A stretch of DNA of 64,000 nt from assembly GCF_009914755.1 (NCBI RefSeq), contig NC_060925.1; one strand, written 5' to 3'. Positions 1 through 12,260 of this stretch are shown here, one piece after another (positions within the stretch are counted from its first letter, which is position 1; each line of letters starts with the position of its first letter). Source of the stretch: the human T2T-CHM13v2.0 reference genome, Homo sapiens. Under the pieces are notes generated by a model, which was not told the origin of the DNA, did no database searches, and saw nothing but the letters and a program-made list of their open reading frames with translations. The position numbers and the translations under genes were made by a program.

Positions 1-47
1 CTGAGGCAGGAGAATGGTGTGAACCCAGGAAAAAAAAAAAAAAAAAA
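1..47 (+). mobile_element. AluY right-arm fragment running directly into poly(A)
   Basis: CTGAGGCAGGAGAATGGTGTGAACCCAGGA carries the AluY-type GAATGGCGTGAA motif with CpG decay, followed by an A-run. Confidence 0.8.
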
Positions 48-59
48 CCTAGCAAGTTG

Positions 60-480
60 GTATATCTAATCACAAAATAATTATACTAAATATGAATAGT
101 CTAAAAACACCAATCAAAAGATTATTGTGTTGTATGTTTTTACAGAAAGCATGACTTAACTGTATGCTGTCTATAAGAAACTCACTTAAACTATAAAGAT
201 ATAGATGGGCTAAAGTCAAAAGATAGAAAAAGACATACCATGCAAAGTCTAATCAAATAAAGCTGAAATATAAGAAAAAAATAGACCTCAGGGGAAGGAA
301 TATTATTAGAGGTAAAGAATGATATTACATAATAATGGAATTGTTTCCCTAAGAACATATATTAATTCTAAATGTATATGCACCTAACAACAGAGTATCA
401 AAATACATAAAGCAAAAACTGACATAACCGAAAGTAGAAATAGAGAAATCCACATTTATAGTTGGAGAGTTCATACACCA
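60..480 (+). mobile_element. Old L1M fragment, ORF2 endonuclease region
   Basis: Degenerate L1 ORF2 5' motifs (tatgctgtctataagaaactcac; aaatgtatatgcacctaacaacagag); no open frame. Confidence 0.75.
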
Positions 481-594
481 ATAGGCAAATATCCAGAAGC
501 TGTTTTTACTTGGCAAGGCTGTAAGTACACCTTCACTACCTAGACTCAGACTTCTGTTTGCCCTCTACTGAGACTTGGTTTGGTACTTAGGGAT

Positions 595-812
595 CTTAAC
601 ATTTTATTACATCAGTGGTATCATAAAACCTGGAAAATAAAAAGTAGCAGGAACCTAAAATACCCTAGTAAATCACATGCCAAAAGGTGTGAGATAATTT
701 TCTAAAAATTTAGGAGCTTACATGCCCAGTAAAATTGTAGTATTTAAGTAGTCAAGCACATGTTAGGATTTCCCCTCCAAAGTACAAGTCATGTTGCTGT
801 TCCTTGCACCAA
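595..812 (+). mobile_element. ERVL internal (pol/RT) relic
   Basis: Collinear with recalled ERVL pol around the YIDD motif (ttattacatcagtggtatcat...agtagcagg...ttaggatttcccctccaaagt...gttgctg); heavily decayed. Confidence 0.5.
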
Positions 813-825
813 CACACTGAACAGG

Positions 826-993
826 ACAGTACTGGCTAAGTGTGTGAGCACCAAAGTCAGAATACATGGATTTAAGTCTTGGCCCCACTCCTACTAGCTG
901 TGTGTCTTTGAGCTAATTCTTCACCTCTCTGTGCCTCAGCTTCCTCACTGTAAAATGGTACTTGTAATGGTAAGTTTAATGACATCTACCTTG
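826..993 (+). mobile_element. MIR
   Basis: MIR core ctactagctgtgtgtctttgagc...ctctctgtgcctcagcttcctcactgtaaaatgg. Confidence 0.8.
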
Positions 994-1212
994 TGTTTTC
1001 TTTACATGTGTTTTATTATCAAACTCCAGTATACTCTAAGATACTACTTCCTTGAAGAAAGAGTGGGGTACCTTAACTTTTATGGAACCAAATTATAAAA
1101 AGTAGGAATTTTGTACTTGACAAATATACATAACCAAAAGCATCTCATTATTTGAAAAGAATAGGAGTGAGACTAAACTTTTTAAAAAGACTGAAACAAC
1201 TAACTCTTAGAA

Positions 1213-2680
1213 CAGCAGTTCTTGAAGTGTGGTCCACAAACAGCTGGTGATCCCCACAATTCTTCAGGAGGCTTGTGATGTTGAAACTATTTTATAATAA
1301 GATAAAAGACATTATTTACCTTTTCCACTGTACTGGCCTCTGTACTGATAGTACAAAAGCGATGGTGGGTAAAACTGCTGGTATGTTTGCAGGAATCAAG
1401 ATCACAGCACCAAGGTGAATTGGCAGTCATTGTATTCTTCACTCCTATGCATGAAAAGAAAAAGAAAGTTGTTTCCCTCACAAACATCCATAAAGAAGCA
1501 ATAAAAATTGTTCATTTGATTCGTTCATGAGTATGTCTTTCTAATACCCAGTGTGATGAAATGAAAACCACACATAAAGTACAGCTATGTACTGAAGTTC
1601 CATAGTTGTCTCAACAAAAAGCACCATAGCAATTGCTGGAGCTGTGAGCTGATCTAGTCACTTTTCTCCTTGAATACTGTTTTGATTTGAAAGAACAGCT
1701 GACAGACAACACAAGAACCATGGTTTTTCAGACTTGGATATTTGACAGACATTTTCTTGAAAATAAGCAAAGTGAGCCAGGGACTTCAAGGAAAACAACT
1801 GACAGTATTTGTTGCCAGTGATAAAATTAAAGTCGTCGACTAAAAATTAGAATTTTATAAAACTTATTTCCATGATCATGAGCATGACAGTTTCCAAATA
1901 CTTGAAAAGAAAAAAAAATGTCTTTTTTGAGACTAGTGAGATATAACATATTTGGAAGATCTGCATAGTTGAGTGAACTACTGTTTCCCAATCTACCAAT
2001 ACATGATGTTATAAAATAACTCATGGGTGAAAGATCCACGCAAATTTCAAGCTACAATAGTAAATTTTCAGTAACAATATAAAAGGTTCATTAATATGGT
2101 TTCAGATTCCACATTGCAACTAACCTTTAAGAAACTACCACTTCTCAAGTTTCTATATGGTATCAAAGAAGAATATTCTCAAAAATGAAAAAGCTACTGA
2201 AATAATCCTTTCTTTTCCTACTGCACAGCTTCACAATTTCAATGAAACTAGCATATTGCCATAGATTAATGCAGAGGCAGATATGAGAATTTGGCTGACT
2301 TCTATTAACCAAGACATTAAAGAAGTTTCCAAACTGCAAGACAATACCACTTCTTACTAATCTATTTTTTTTTTGCAAAATGGTTATTTCTGGTTAAAAC
2401 TTTTAACTTTTAACATGTAGTATGTTTATTATTGCTATTTTAAAATTAATAAGTACTTTTTAAAGGTTTTCATTTTAATTTCAAATATGGTAAATTCTAA
2501 ATGTATATGCACCTAACAGCAGAATATTTGAAAAATCTATGAAAATAATACTCAAATTTGGTAACTATTCAAAATTAAACACTGACTGATGAAACACATA
2601 TAAACAAAGAACTCTTTGCGTTCTTGATAATTTTTAAAAGCATAAAGGATTCTTAAGTCCAAAATATTTCTCCATCACTG
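1213..2680. mobile_element. Charlie1a hAT DNA transposon, near full length
   Basis: Termini CAGCAGTTCTTGAAGTGTGGTCC...CATCACTG, ~1.47 kb; 8-bp TSD TCTTAGAA (1205-1212) / TCTTAGAT (2681-2688). Confidence 0.85.
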
Positions 2681-2844
2681 TCTTAGATGGTTAGGTTATA
2701 GAAGGAAAAGCTATTTGAAATAAACCATCAGGGACGCTTTTTCAAAGAAAGTATACAAATTTGTTATTTTCTTCTCCCTTTTTATTTTGCCACCAAAACA
2801 GTTGGGCAGAAAAATAAAGGTCTGATTGGAACCCAGGGACTAAA

Positions 2845-3300
2845 CTGTAGTGATCTGAACCATTCGTGGTGACCCCATTGTCATTTGACAGACACCTGTT
2901 TTCCCAGTCTTCCCTGCAGCTAAGAGTGGCCATATGACACAGGTCTCATCAAAGAGGACATAACTGGAAATCGGCTGAGGGGTTTCTGAGAAATATATTT
3001 TTTTAGTAAGAAAGACAAGCCTGCAAGAAGAGTCTGCTAGCAAAGGCTATACCTTCCATGTGCTGTCAGGGTTTGATGTCAGCGACTGTGCTTTCTCTCT
3101 TATAACCATCAGGGAGCAAGTATGAGGAAGATCCAATACGCTGGGATCTCAGAGCACAATGTTTGAAGAAGTGTCAGTCAGTTCTCAATGACGACCTTGA
3201 GCTTCTGAACCACCCTCAGAACCACCAATCTCTTGTTATGTTACAGAATCAAATATCTTTGTTAGCTGAGGCACTGTTGTTGGTCATTCTCTAATATGCC
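2845..3300. mobile_element. ERVL LTR (LTR33/LTR16-like)
   Basis: Motif ttcccagtcttccctgcagctaagagtggccatatgacacag; boundaries approximate. Confidence 0.55.
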
Positions 3301-4805
3301 ACAGATATAGACCACTATGTCACTGAGATGAAAGGTAGCACTTAGAAGGTACCACCTTTCCCTCTGAAAGGTTAAAGTGAGATATACAGATTTGTTAAAA
3401 GAACTAAAAGGCAGTACTAAGAAGGTAACACCTTTTTCTTTGAAAAATTAAAATCAGATATATGTGAGAGCGGTAGAGCAAGATGGCAGAATAGATCACT
3501 TCAGTGACTGTCCCCCTGCAGAAACATCAGTTTGAACAAGCATCCACAAGTGAAAATAGATCCATAAGAGCTAAGGAAACCAGATGAAAGATCACAGTTC
3601 CTGGTTGCAGCAAAATAATAACTAAAAAATACACATTAAGGAGAATAGAAAGGACAGTTTCACATTACCTGCCTCACTCTCCCCCAACCCCGGTCAGCAC
3701 AGTGTGGAGAGAAACACTGTCCACTTGGGGGAAAAAGAGGAAAGTGAGCACAGAACTTTGCCTTGGACTCCAACACTGGGCCTGTGACAGTAAAACTCAG
3801 CACCAGGAAGACATTAATAGCCCCACACTCCAAGCCAGTACCCACAGACTAAGCCTGCAGACCTGCCCTGGTGCCAAGCAGGACCATGCAGCCCCAGGCT
3901 TCAGGCTTGCATAACAGACTAGATTCCAGGCCCATACAGCCACTGGGCCTACTTCAGCAGTCCCAGGCTCTGGCAGGCCTTAGCAGCCCTGGACTTCAGG
4001 TACACAGTGGGCCTGAGATGGACCTCAGGCTTCTGGTGTGCCCCAGCATTACATCAGCCTCCATGGAACCTGGGCTTTGGGCCCACCCCAGTGCTGCACC
4101 CACCACAGTGGCCCTGGGCTTCTGGAATACCCCAGTGCCACACTTACCACAGCAGCCCAAGTCCTATGGATCACACCACACAGCCTGCCCAGAATCTTGG
4201 AACAGGCTGACTGTTGCGTTTTCTGAGATAAAGTCAGTCTGTAACTGGAATTAGTATCTACTTCTTCAAATCTCCAGACAATGACACATGACCACAGGGA
4301 TCAAGAACAATCAGGGAAATATGATATCACCAAAGGGATGAAATAAAGTGCCAGTGACTGACCTTAAAGAAATGAGGATGTACAAAGTGCCTGACTAAAA
4401 ATTAAAAATAACTAAGAGAGCTCAGCAAACATCAAGAAAATGTAGAGACACAATTCAACAAAATGAGGAAATCTGCGTGATCAGAATAAGACATTTAATA
4501 GAAAGATTGAGATAATAATAATTTAAAAATCAAACAGAAATCCTGGAGGTAAAAAATACAATGATCAACATGAAACGGACAACATCAACAGCTTAATCGA
4601 TCAAGCAAAATAAAGAATATGTGAACTCAAAGACAGGTTATTTGAAAATACACATTCAAAGGAAAAAAGATAAAAAAGAATGAAAAGGAATGAATAAATA
4701 TATAGTATATATGGGACAGGATCAAAAGAGCAATTTTGAGTCATAGGAGTTAAAGAAGGAGAAGAAAAAGATAAAGGGGCTGAAAACTTAATTAAAGAAA
4801 TAGTA

Positions 4806-5243
<438 letters not shown>

Positions 5244-6535
5244 TCAATCCAAATAAGAGTACTCAAGACATTTTATAATCAAACCGTCGAAAATCAAAGA
5301 CAAAAAGAAGATTCTGAAAGTAGCAAAAACAAAAACAAACAAACAAAAAAAGAAGCAAATAACATTTAAGGTAGTTTGAATATAGCTAGCAGATTTTTCA
5401 GCAGACAACTTATACTCCAAGAAAGAGTAGAATGATATTCAAAGTTACTAGAGAAGGAAAAAACCTGCCAACCAAGAATACTGAAAATCTATCCTTCAGA
5501 AAAGATAAAGAGATAAACACTTTCCCTGACAAACATACAAATCCTATCAAGCATCTTCTCTGACCACAATGGTATAAAATGAGAAATCAATAACAGGAGA
5601 AACTTCAGAAAATTCATAAGTACATTAAAATAACATGCTCCTGAGCAACCAATAGATCAATGAAGAAGTTAAAAGAGAGGTTAAAAAATTTCTTGAGACA
5701 AACTGAAATGGAAACACAATATACCAAAAGCTACAGGATACAGCAAAAGCAGTTCTAAGAAGACATTTGTAGTAATAAATGCCTACCTCAAAAAAGAAGA
5801 ACAACCTCAAATAAACAAGTTAACATTGCACCCAAAGGAACTAGAAAAACAAAAACAAACTAAACCCAAAGTTAATAAAAGAGAGTGAATAATAAAGATC
5901 AGAGCAGACATAAATGAAATAGACTAGAAAAACAATAGAGAAGATCAAGAGTCTGTCTTCTGAAAAGACAAACAAAATAGACAAAACTTTATCTAGACTA
6001 AGAAAAGGTAGAAGACTCAAATAAATAAAATCAGAAAAATAAAAGAAACATTACAAAAATAAATAAACATTAGTTTTGTAATGTGATGTCCCCTTTAAAA
6101 ATAATGTCTCTTTTAAAAATAAAGGAGACACTACATTACAAAAAAAATGTAAAAATAAAGGAGACATTACACTACATTACAAAAAATAAAGGATACAAAA
6201 GACAAAGGAGACTATTGTGAACAATTATATACAAATCGAATAACATAGAAGAAATGGATAAATTCCTGGACACATAAAACCTACCAAGCCTGTACTATGT
6301 AGATCCAGACAATATTAACACATTAATAATGAGTAAGGAGATTGAATCAGTAATAAAGACTCTTCTGACAAAGAAAAGACAAGGACCTGATGGCTTCACT
6401 GCTAAATTCTATCAAACATTTGAAGAACCAATACCAGTTCTTCTCAGACTCTTCCAAATAATTGAAAAGGAGGGAGGACTTCCATTTTATGAAGCCAGCA
6501 TTGCCCTGATAACAAAGCCAGGCAAGGACATTTTA

Positions 6536-6861
6536 TTTATTTATTTTTTAATATAAATATCAAAATTATAATTTCTGAAGTTTCCCGTTGAGTATCTGTG
6601 ATAGCTTTTTTTATTATTATTATTTTACTTTAAGTTCTAGGGTACATGTGCACAACATACAGGTTTGTTACATATGTATACATGTGCCATGTTGTTGTGC
6701 TGCACCCATTAACTCATCATTTACATTAGGTATATCTCCTAATGCTATCCCTCCCCACTCCCCTCACCCGCCAGGGTGTGATGTTCCCCACCGTGTGTCC
6801 ATGTGTTCTCATTGTTCAATTCCCACCTATGAGTGAGAACATCTGGTGTTTGGTTTTCTGT
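6536..6861 (-). mobile_element. 5'-truncated L1PA (about PA3-PA5) 3' end with extra 3' sequence
   Basis: Reverse-complement L1PA 3' UTR at 6606-6861; TSD CAGGCAAGGACATTTTA at 6519-6535 and 6862-6878. Confidence 0.92.
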
Positions 6862-9800
6862 CAGGCAAGGACATTTTAAAAAGAAAGAAAATTACAGGCC
6901 AATAACCCTGATGAACTTACATGCAAAAATTCTCAACAAAATACTAGTAAACCAAATTCAGTAGCATATCAAAAAGATCATTGACCATTATTAAGTGGGA
7001 TTCCTCACAGATATTCAAGGATGGTTGAAAATACATAAGTCAATAAACATGATACATTGTATTAAAAGAATTACAGACAAAACCATATAATCATTTCAAT
7101 AGTTGCAGAAAAAGCATTTGACAAAGTTCAACATTCTGTAATAATAAAAACTCTCCACAAATTAGGTATAGAAGGAACACACCTCAACATGTTAAAGGCC
7201 ATATATGACAAACCCCAGCTGATACCATATTCAATGGCAAAAATGTTGAAACCTATTTTTCTAAGACCCAGAACAAGATAAGGCTGCCCACTCTTGCCAG
7301 TTCTATTCAACATAGTATTGGAAGTCCTAGCCAGAGCAATTAGGAAAGAGACAGAAATAAAAGACATTCAAATGGGAAAAGAAGTTAAATTGTCCCTGTT
7401 TGCAGATGACATGATCTTACATATAGAAAATCCTAAAAATGCCACCAAAAACTGTTAAAACTGATAAACATATTCAGTAAAGTTACGGGTTACAAAATCA
7501 ACATACAAAATCAATAGTGTTTGTACACACTAATGTTGAACTACCTGAAAAAGAAATTTTAAAAAAATACCATTTATAATAGCTACAAAAAATAAAATAG
7601 TACTAAATTTAACCGAGAAGTTTAAAAATCTCTAAACTTAAAACCTTAAAAATTTATAAAAGAAATTTTAAAAGACACAAATAAATAGAAAGATCCCTTA
7701 TGTTCATGGATTGAAACATTAATATTGTTACAATGTCCATACTCACCAAAGCAATCTACAGATTCAGTGAAATCCTATTGAAATATTGATGAGATTCTTC
7801 ACAGAAATAGGAAAAACAATTCTAAAATCAACGTGGAACCACAAAAGATCCCAAATAGTCAAAGCAATCTTGAGCGAAAAGAACAAAGCTGGAAACATTA
7901 CACTACCTGACTTCAAAATATACCGCGAACCTAGAGTAACCAAAGCAGCATTGTACTGGCTGAAAAACAGACACATAGACCAATGGAACAGAATAGAGAG
8001 CCCAAAAATAAATCCATGCACTGACGGTCAGTTGATTTTCAACAAAGGTGCCAGGAACACAATGGGAAAAGAACAGTCTCTTCAATAAATGGTGTTGGGA
8101 CAACTAAATATCTATATACAGAAGGAAATTAGACCCTTATCTCACAACATATACAGATATCAACTCAAAATGGATTAAAGACTTAAATACAAGACTGAAT
8201 TATGAAACTACTAGAAGAAAACATACGAGAATAGCTCCATGATATTGGTCTGGACGGTGATTTTTAAAATATAACCCCAAAAGACTGGGCAACAAAAGCA
8301 AAAATAGATAAATGAGATAACATCAAATTAAAAAGGTTCCCTATACAGCAAAGGAATTAATCAATAGATTGAAGAAACAACCTACAGAATGGGAGAATAT
8401 ATTTTCAAACCATACATCTGATGAAGGGTTAGTATCCAAAATTTACAAGGAACTCAAACAACTTAATAGCAATAAAACAAATAACCCAATTAAAAATTGG
8501 GCAGATAACCTGAGTACACATTTCTCAAAATAAGACATGCAAATACCCAATGAACGTATGGAAAAAATGCTCAACATCACTAATCATCTTCATCAAAAAG
8601 ACAAAAGATAACAAGTGTTGGAAAGGATGTAGAGAAAAGGGAGCCCTCACACATTATTGGTAGGAATGTAAATTAATGCAGCCATTACGGAAAATGGTAT
8701 AGAGCTTCCTCAAAAAATCAAAGATAGAACTACCATATCTAGTAATCCCACTATTAGATATATTAAATATATCCAAAGGAAATGAAATCAGTATGCCTAT
8801 TTCTCTACTGCTATTTTTATTGAAGTATTATTCATAATAGCCAAGAAACGTTATCCACCTAAGTGTCCATCAGAGGATGACTGGATAGAGAAAACATGGT
8901 ATATATATACAAATTTTTCCTTCTTTATTCTTTATTGCCTTATTTTTTTCCTTATTTATTCAGCCATAAAAAGAAGGAAATCCTGTCATTTGCAACAATA
9001 TGGATGAACCTGGAGGATGTTATGTCAAAAGAAATAAGCCAGGCACAGAAAGACAAATACCACATGGTCTCACTCATGTGGAATCCAAAAAAGCTGATCT
9101 TCTAGAAGCAGAGAATAGAATAGTTGTTACCAAGGTCTGAAGTAGCTGGCAGAGAGGGAGGAGGAATGTTGGCCCAAGGATACAACATTTCAGTTAGGTA
9201 GGAGGAGTAATTTCAAGAGATCTTTTGTACCACATGATGACTATAGTTAACAATATATTGTATTTTTGAAAAATGCTAGGAGAGTGAATATGAAGTGTTC
9301 TCACCACAAAAATGGTAACCTATGTGAGGTAACACATATGTCAATTAGCTAAATTTAGTCACTCCACAAGTATATACAATTCAAACTATCATGTTGTACA
9401 CAATAAATATATACAATTCTATCTGTCAATTAAAATAATAATACAATTTAAAACAAAAAAAATAAATCAAATAGAATAAAAATAAAAGTGGATATAGTAA
9501 CTTTTTGTCCATTTTGTTAGAGATGAAGACTGGAGAAAAGTCACATGAAAGGACTTAATACCACGTGTGTCACAGATCTTGAAGAGCCACTGCAGGGCCT
9601 GTACCTGCACTACAAGAGCTTTTAATCCTCAGGAAAAAAAGTTCAAGATAAGTCATTTTCGCTCAAATTTGCCATAGAATCATGAGTAAATAAAGAACAC
9701 TGGTATTTTGATTGGCTTCCCACTCTGCTTCAATACTCTCTTCCCACCTTTTCTTGACTGTGACTATTTTGTGAGAGCCAAACATGTAAGTTTGCTGATA

Positions 9801-10329
9801 CTGAAAATTACCAACTGGCAGCTCTTACGTGTCTCTTGACAAAGGCGTTTGCTGAGCTCTGGCCTCATGAGTAAGAGAGAGAATTGAGGAGAACCCTGGT
9901 CTTGGGTATCACTGAAATTCAGAAAATGACAGCAAGCATCACAGCCTCCCAACTATGTTGGTAAATGGTACAAGGTGTTATTTCTCAGATTATCTATTAG
10001 TCCAACTTCAGTGAGATTTTGGCAGGACAAGATCAAATAAAATTAAAGAAATACAGTTTTTTGATAAAAATAATTACAGTAAAACTAAGAGCTATACAAC
10101 TTTTAGCTCAATTTTCTTCTTTGTGTGAAGAAGAACACATACAAGTAGGCATTTGGGGAAACAGGAGAAATGAAAAATTCAGAACATTTCTTCCTCCTCT
10201 TCCAAACTCAGATCTTTACAACGCTTCCTTCTTAAAATGAATCACTACATTTTTAATCCTTTTATTAGTGGTTTTTCATATGTAATGTCTCATCTGTGGA
10301 AACCTTTCACCAATTTCCCTAATTTCTAA

Positions 10330-10600
10330 TCCTCCTCCAGAATCAGGTCCATGTCTCTTTCCAAGGAAGCCTTCCCTGACCCTCCACAGTAAGTCACAGT
10401 TCCTCCTTCAGTGCTCACAGGACCCCATGCTTAGCTTGCACGCCACCTAGACTGTTTGTCATGAAGCAATGCATTCTGTAATGTGTTACTTAATGTCTGA
10501 CTCACTGACAGAATGAAATCCCAGGAGGGCAACAACATTGTCTTATTTACCACTGAATCCTAATATCCTCCACATAGTAGACACTTAATAAATGCTTAGT
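10330..10600 (+). mobile_element. L2 3' end
   Basis: gaagccttccctgacc...catagtagacacttaataaatg. Confidence 0.65.
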
Positions 10601-11057
10601 AAAATCTTCAGTGTGAATGCAAGCTCTCAATGAAATTAAATCCTGTATGGAGAACATTTATATCCCAGAATGGGATATAGCAAATAAATATTATACTAAA
10701 ATATGTAATATAGTAAATACACACATAAAATAAATATTAATTTATTGCATATTTGAGCCTTATATCAATCTTAGAAAACAAGTAGGACAGGTATCAGATA
10801 AAGTTCTCAATTTTTAAGTAATGAAATATACTCAGAGGGGTTGCAATTACACGTCCCTCATAATAAGTGGAGGCCAAGCTCACACTGAAGTCTTCTCCAC
10901 CACTCTTTCTAATGACCTGAGCTCTAAAGAGAGGATAGCTGGGATGCCAAAGGAGCCCATGCTTCCAAAATACCTACTAAACTGAAAAAACCCATCCTAA
11001 GCATCTTCAGTGTCTGATCTAGAAGCAGATAACAATACAACTTGGTTTCTTCATCAT

Positions 11058-11520
11058 TGTGGCAGAGATTGCTATTTCCTATCTAATATTCCTTCTCCCT
11101 GTCTTCAAGATAGGACTACCATTAAAATAACAATGGATTCATGGAAAATCTGTTTTTCTCTGGCTCTCTTCCATGACCAATGAGATATAAGTGAAAGTGA
11201 TATGTGAGCATTCCCAGGAATCTGCTTAAAGAGAGTTGTCTCAGCTGAGAAGTGGTCCCTTTTGTCCTAAAATGCAGGCATGATGACGACCAGCAGCTGT
11301 ATAAGACAATGAGGGGAGTTTAAGGTTGAAATGATGTGCTGAGGATAACAGAATAGCACTAGGGTGCCTGCGGGCTAGTCATCCCTGGTGACTGTGGGAG
11401 CTGAACCACCATTTCAGCCTGAAGTGCCTATCCACAAGATTTCTGCTGTGTGAAAGAGAAATATACTTCTAACTTATTTAAATTTCTGTTATTATTTTTA
11501 TGCAGCTAAACATAACCTTC
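11058..11520. mobile_element. ERVL LTR (LTR16-like)
   Basis: tgtggcagag...gaccaatgagatataagtgaaagtga...tgtgtgaaagagaaatatacttct. Confidence 0.55.
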
Positions 11521-11599
11521 ATTGACACGATCATTTCCAAAGCCATGGGAAAAAGTAATAATGGGGCCCACTGTTATTTTTTTGATCCTCCAAGTGAGA

Positions 11600-12260
11600 A
11601 TCTGAGAAAATGTAATAAAAATGTATATACTGGCATTCAATTCAAGAAGCAAGAAAGTTAGCAACAAAATAACTTGTAAAAAGTGAAAGGAATCAATGGA
11701 AATAGAAGTCAAATGAGCACATTTAATTAAAGAACACGTGAAAAAAGCACAAGCAGTTTCTTTGAAAAGTCCAATAAAATAGATCTGTCTCAGAAGAAAG
11801 AGAAAACACAAATAAGCAGGATAAGAATGAGAAAAATGCCTGAACTACTAGTAGGAAGAAATGCTTAAAATATAGGAAAATATTGGATACATATTTATAG
11901 CAACAGATTTGACAATTTACATGAAATAAACCATTTTCTACGAAAGTATAAATTGTCAAAATTTACTCAAGAGGCAAGGAAACCCAAGTACACCATTATT
12001 CATGGAACAAATAATAAATGAGCCAAAAATATATATTTAAAACCAAACAAATAGTAATTATATACCAGAATCAGGCAGGTTCTACCAATCAATCTAGGAA
12101 AAAAAGTTTTTGTATTAATTAAACTTTGCTTAAAATATACCAAAAGGAATAGAAAACTTCAAACAAGCACAAAATAAACTAATTCCATCTTTGAGATGCA
12201 AATATATATGCACAACATAGATGAAAAAATATTTTAAAAATTGGCAAATCCACTCTAGCA
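11600..12260 (+). mobile_element. Old L1ME ORF2 fragment
   Basis: A-rich, decayed L1 ORF2 motifs (tttgaaaagtccaataaaataga; atttgacaatttacatgaaata). Confidence 0.6.

Noticed and set aside
6329-8088. ORFs similar to L1 ORF2 protein
   Set aside because: Short fragments of a decayed, deleted and interrupted L1; no functional ORF2
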